Virus record (IMG/VR): IMGVR_UViG_3300012983_000031 | Coordinates: 128,001 to 192,000 of that record | Direction: 5' to 3' (one strand) | DNA: 64,000 bases | Source of the DNA: a virus | Taxonomy: Duplodnaviria; Caudoviricetes | Part shown: one piece after another, positions 63,001 to 64,000 of the stretch | How the letters are laid out: every line of letters begins with the position of its first letter | Numbering within the stretch: position 1 is the stretch's first letter | The notes under the pieces: model-generated | Told to the model about the DNA's origin: nothing | Database searches by the model: none | Seen by the model: only the letters and a program-made list of their open reading frames with translations | Made by a program: the position numbers and the translations under genes

Positions 63001-63801
63001 CTGGTGATAATCTGGCGTTACAACACAAAAAGGGATCAACCCCGAAGGATCGATCCCGCCAAGCAATACGAAAAAAGAAATTTAATATGTAAATCAAGAA
63101 TGTTGCTTCCAAGAGTTGACAAGATCATCTATCAACTTCGCCTGCTCCATCGTTATGTCAGTAACCGTGTAGTTGAAAGTAGGCGGTATTTCCGATAGTG
63201 TCATCGTCTTTTCGTCAAGAACAAGCCCGTTTGCATCGACTGCGTTCATGAACTCCATTATTTCCTCTGACGTTGATGGTCGCATGTCATCAGATTCATC
63301 CAAGTTCGCAAAGTTGTTGCAAGGCTCGAACATGAGTTCGTCGTTTGGTCTGTAATATTCTGCGAGCGTTGTAACCTTGTCACCATTCATCTTGTTGAAT
63401 ATGAAAACACCGTCATTATCAGTGATGAAATCCCCGTGCCTTGCATCATTGATTGTCCACTTGTGGAATTTGCTTTCACATTCGTTGACTTCCATGCACT
63501 TGCACGTTTCGGCGAAATCGTCAGAGAAATAATTTGCGTTTGACCTGCCTGTAATCTTGACGATCTCCCGTGGTTCGATTCCATCATTGGTGACGATAAT
63601 GTCATACAGGTTGAACTTGTGGTAATGGCAATGCCTGCTGCCAACCAAAAGCGTATCGTTTTTATCCAAGGCGGCGATTTCTGCCGAACTGCCATCCGTG
63701 AAAGAATAGAACGTGTCGTTCACCGCTGATATTGTATGGAACGTAACTGTTTTATCAGTTATCATGGCGATCTTATCGCCTTCATTAAATCTGTGTGCCA
63801 T
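60039..63801 (-). CDS. cassette-borne hypotheticals (60039-60578, 60575-60808, 60887-61372, 61630-61785, 61807-62097, 62119-62397, 62486-62791, 63094-63801)
   Basis: Mostly acidic small ORFs behind repeated promoter-leaders. Confidence 0.6.
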
Positions 63802-64000
63802 AACTTTATTTGTTCTTTGTTAATTGTTTCTTATCCATTATCCCATGAGCCATCAGGCACATCAGGAGTTCGTTTTTTGGCTCAACACCGTAATAAAACT
63901 GGTTGAGAAGAAGATTTATGTAGCCTTTAAGCGTTGTTTGATCATTCCTGTGCTCTTCCATCCACCTGATTCCAACGTTGTAGGCTTCATTTCGTAAATT

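Noticed and set aside
1-64000. TAG-recoded genetic code as in Lak or some crAss-like phages
   Set aside because: Long genes are intact in the standard code, TAG ends several genes, and no CTA-anticodon suppressor tRNA was seen.

Overview
This window looks like part of a large, AT-rich, T4-like (myovirus-type) phage infecting Bacteroidota. The evidence is a T4 gp17-like terminase, a gp25-like protein, a split family-B DNA polymerase, a sigma-70-like factor, ubiquitous Bacteroidota TAnnTTTG promoters and DUF4494/lipoprotein genes, all read in the standard genetic code. Layout: 0-12.5 kb holds core genes. 12.6-25 kb is an RNA-rich island with 16 tRNAs (one split by a group I intron), a YrlA/Y-RNA-like permuted tRNA mimic and several other structured RNAs. 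25-35.5 kb holds small accessory genes and a glyco-modification operon. 35.5-64 kb is two convergent arms of small-gene cassettes built from a repeated promoter-leader, repeated terminators and about 15 copies of a 19-bp palindrome. The standout is a compact, cas1/cas2-less and transposase-less RNA-guided system. It comprises a 424-aa TnpB/Cas12f-like nuclease with an intact RuvC D-E-D triad, an omegaRNA-like scaffold that carries an anti-repeat, and an 8-repeat CRISPR array of 36-bp repeats. This arrangement suggests a TnpB-to-type-V transitional system carried by a phage. A second, orphan omegaRNA-like scaffold sits among the tRNAs. All calls come from reading the sequence by eye; no searches were run.
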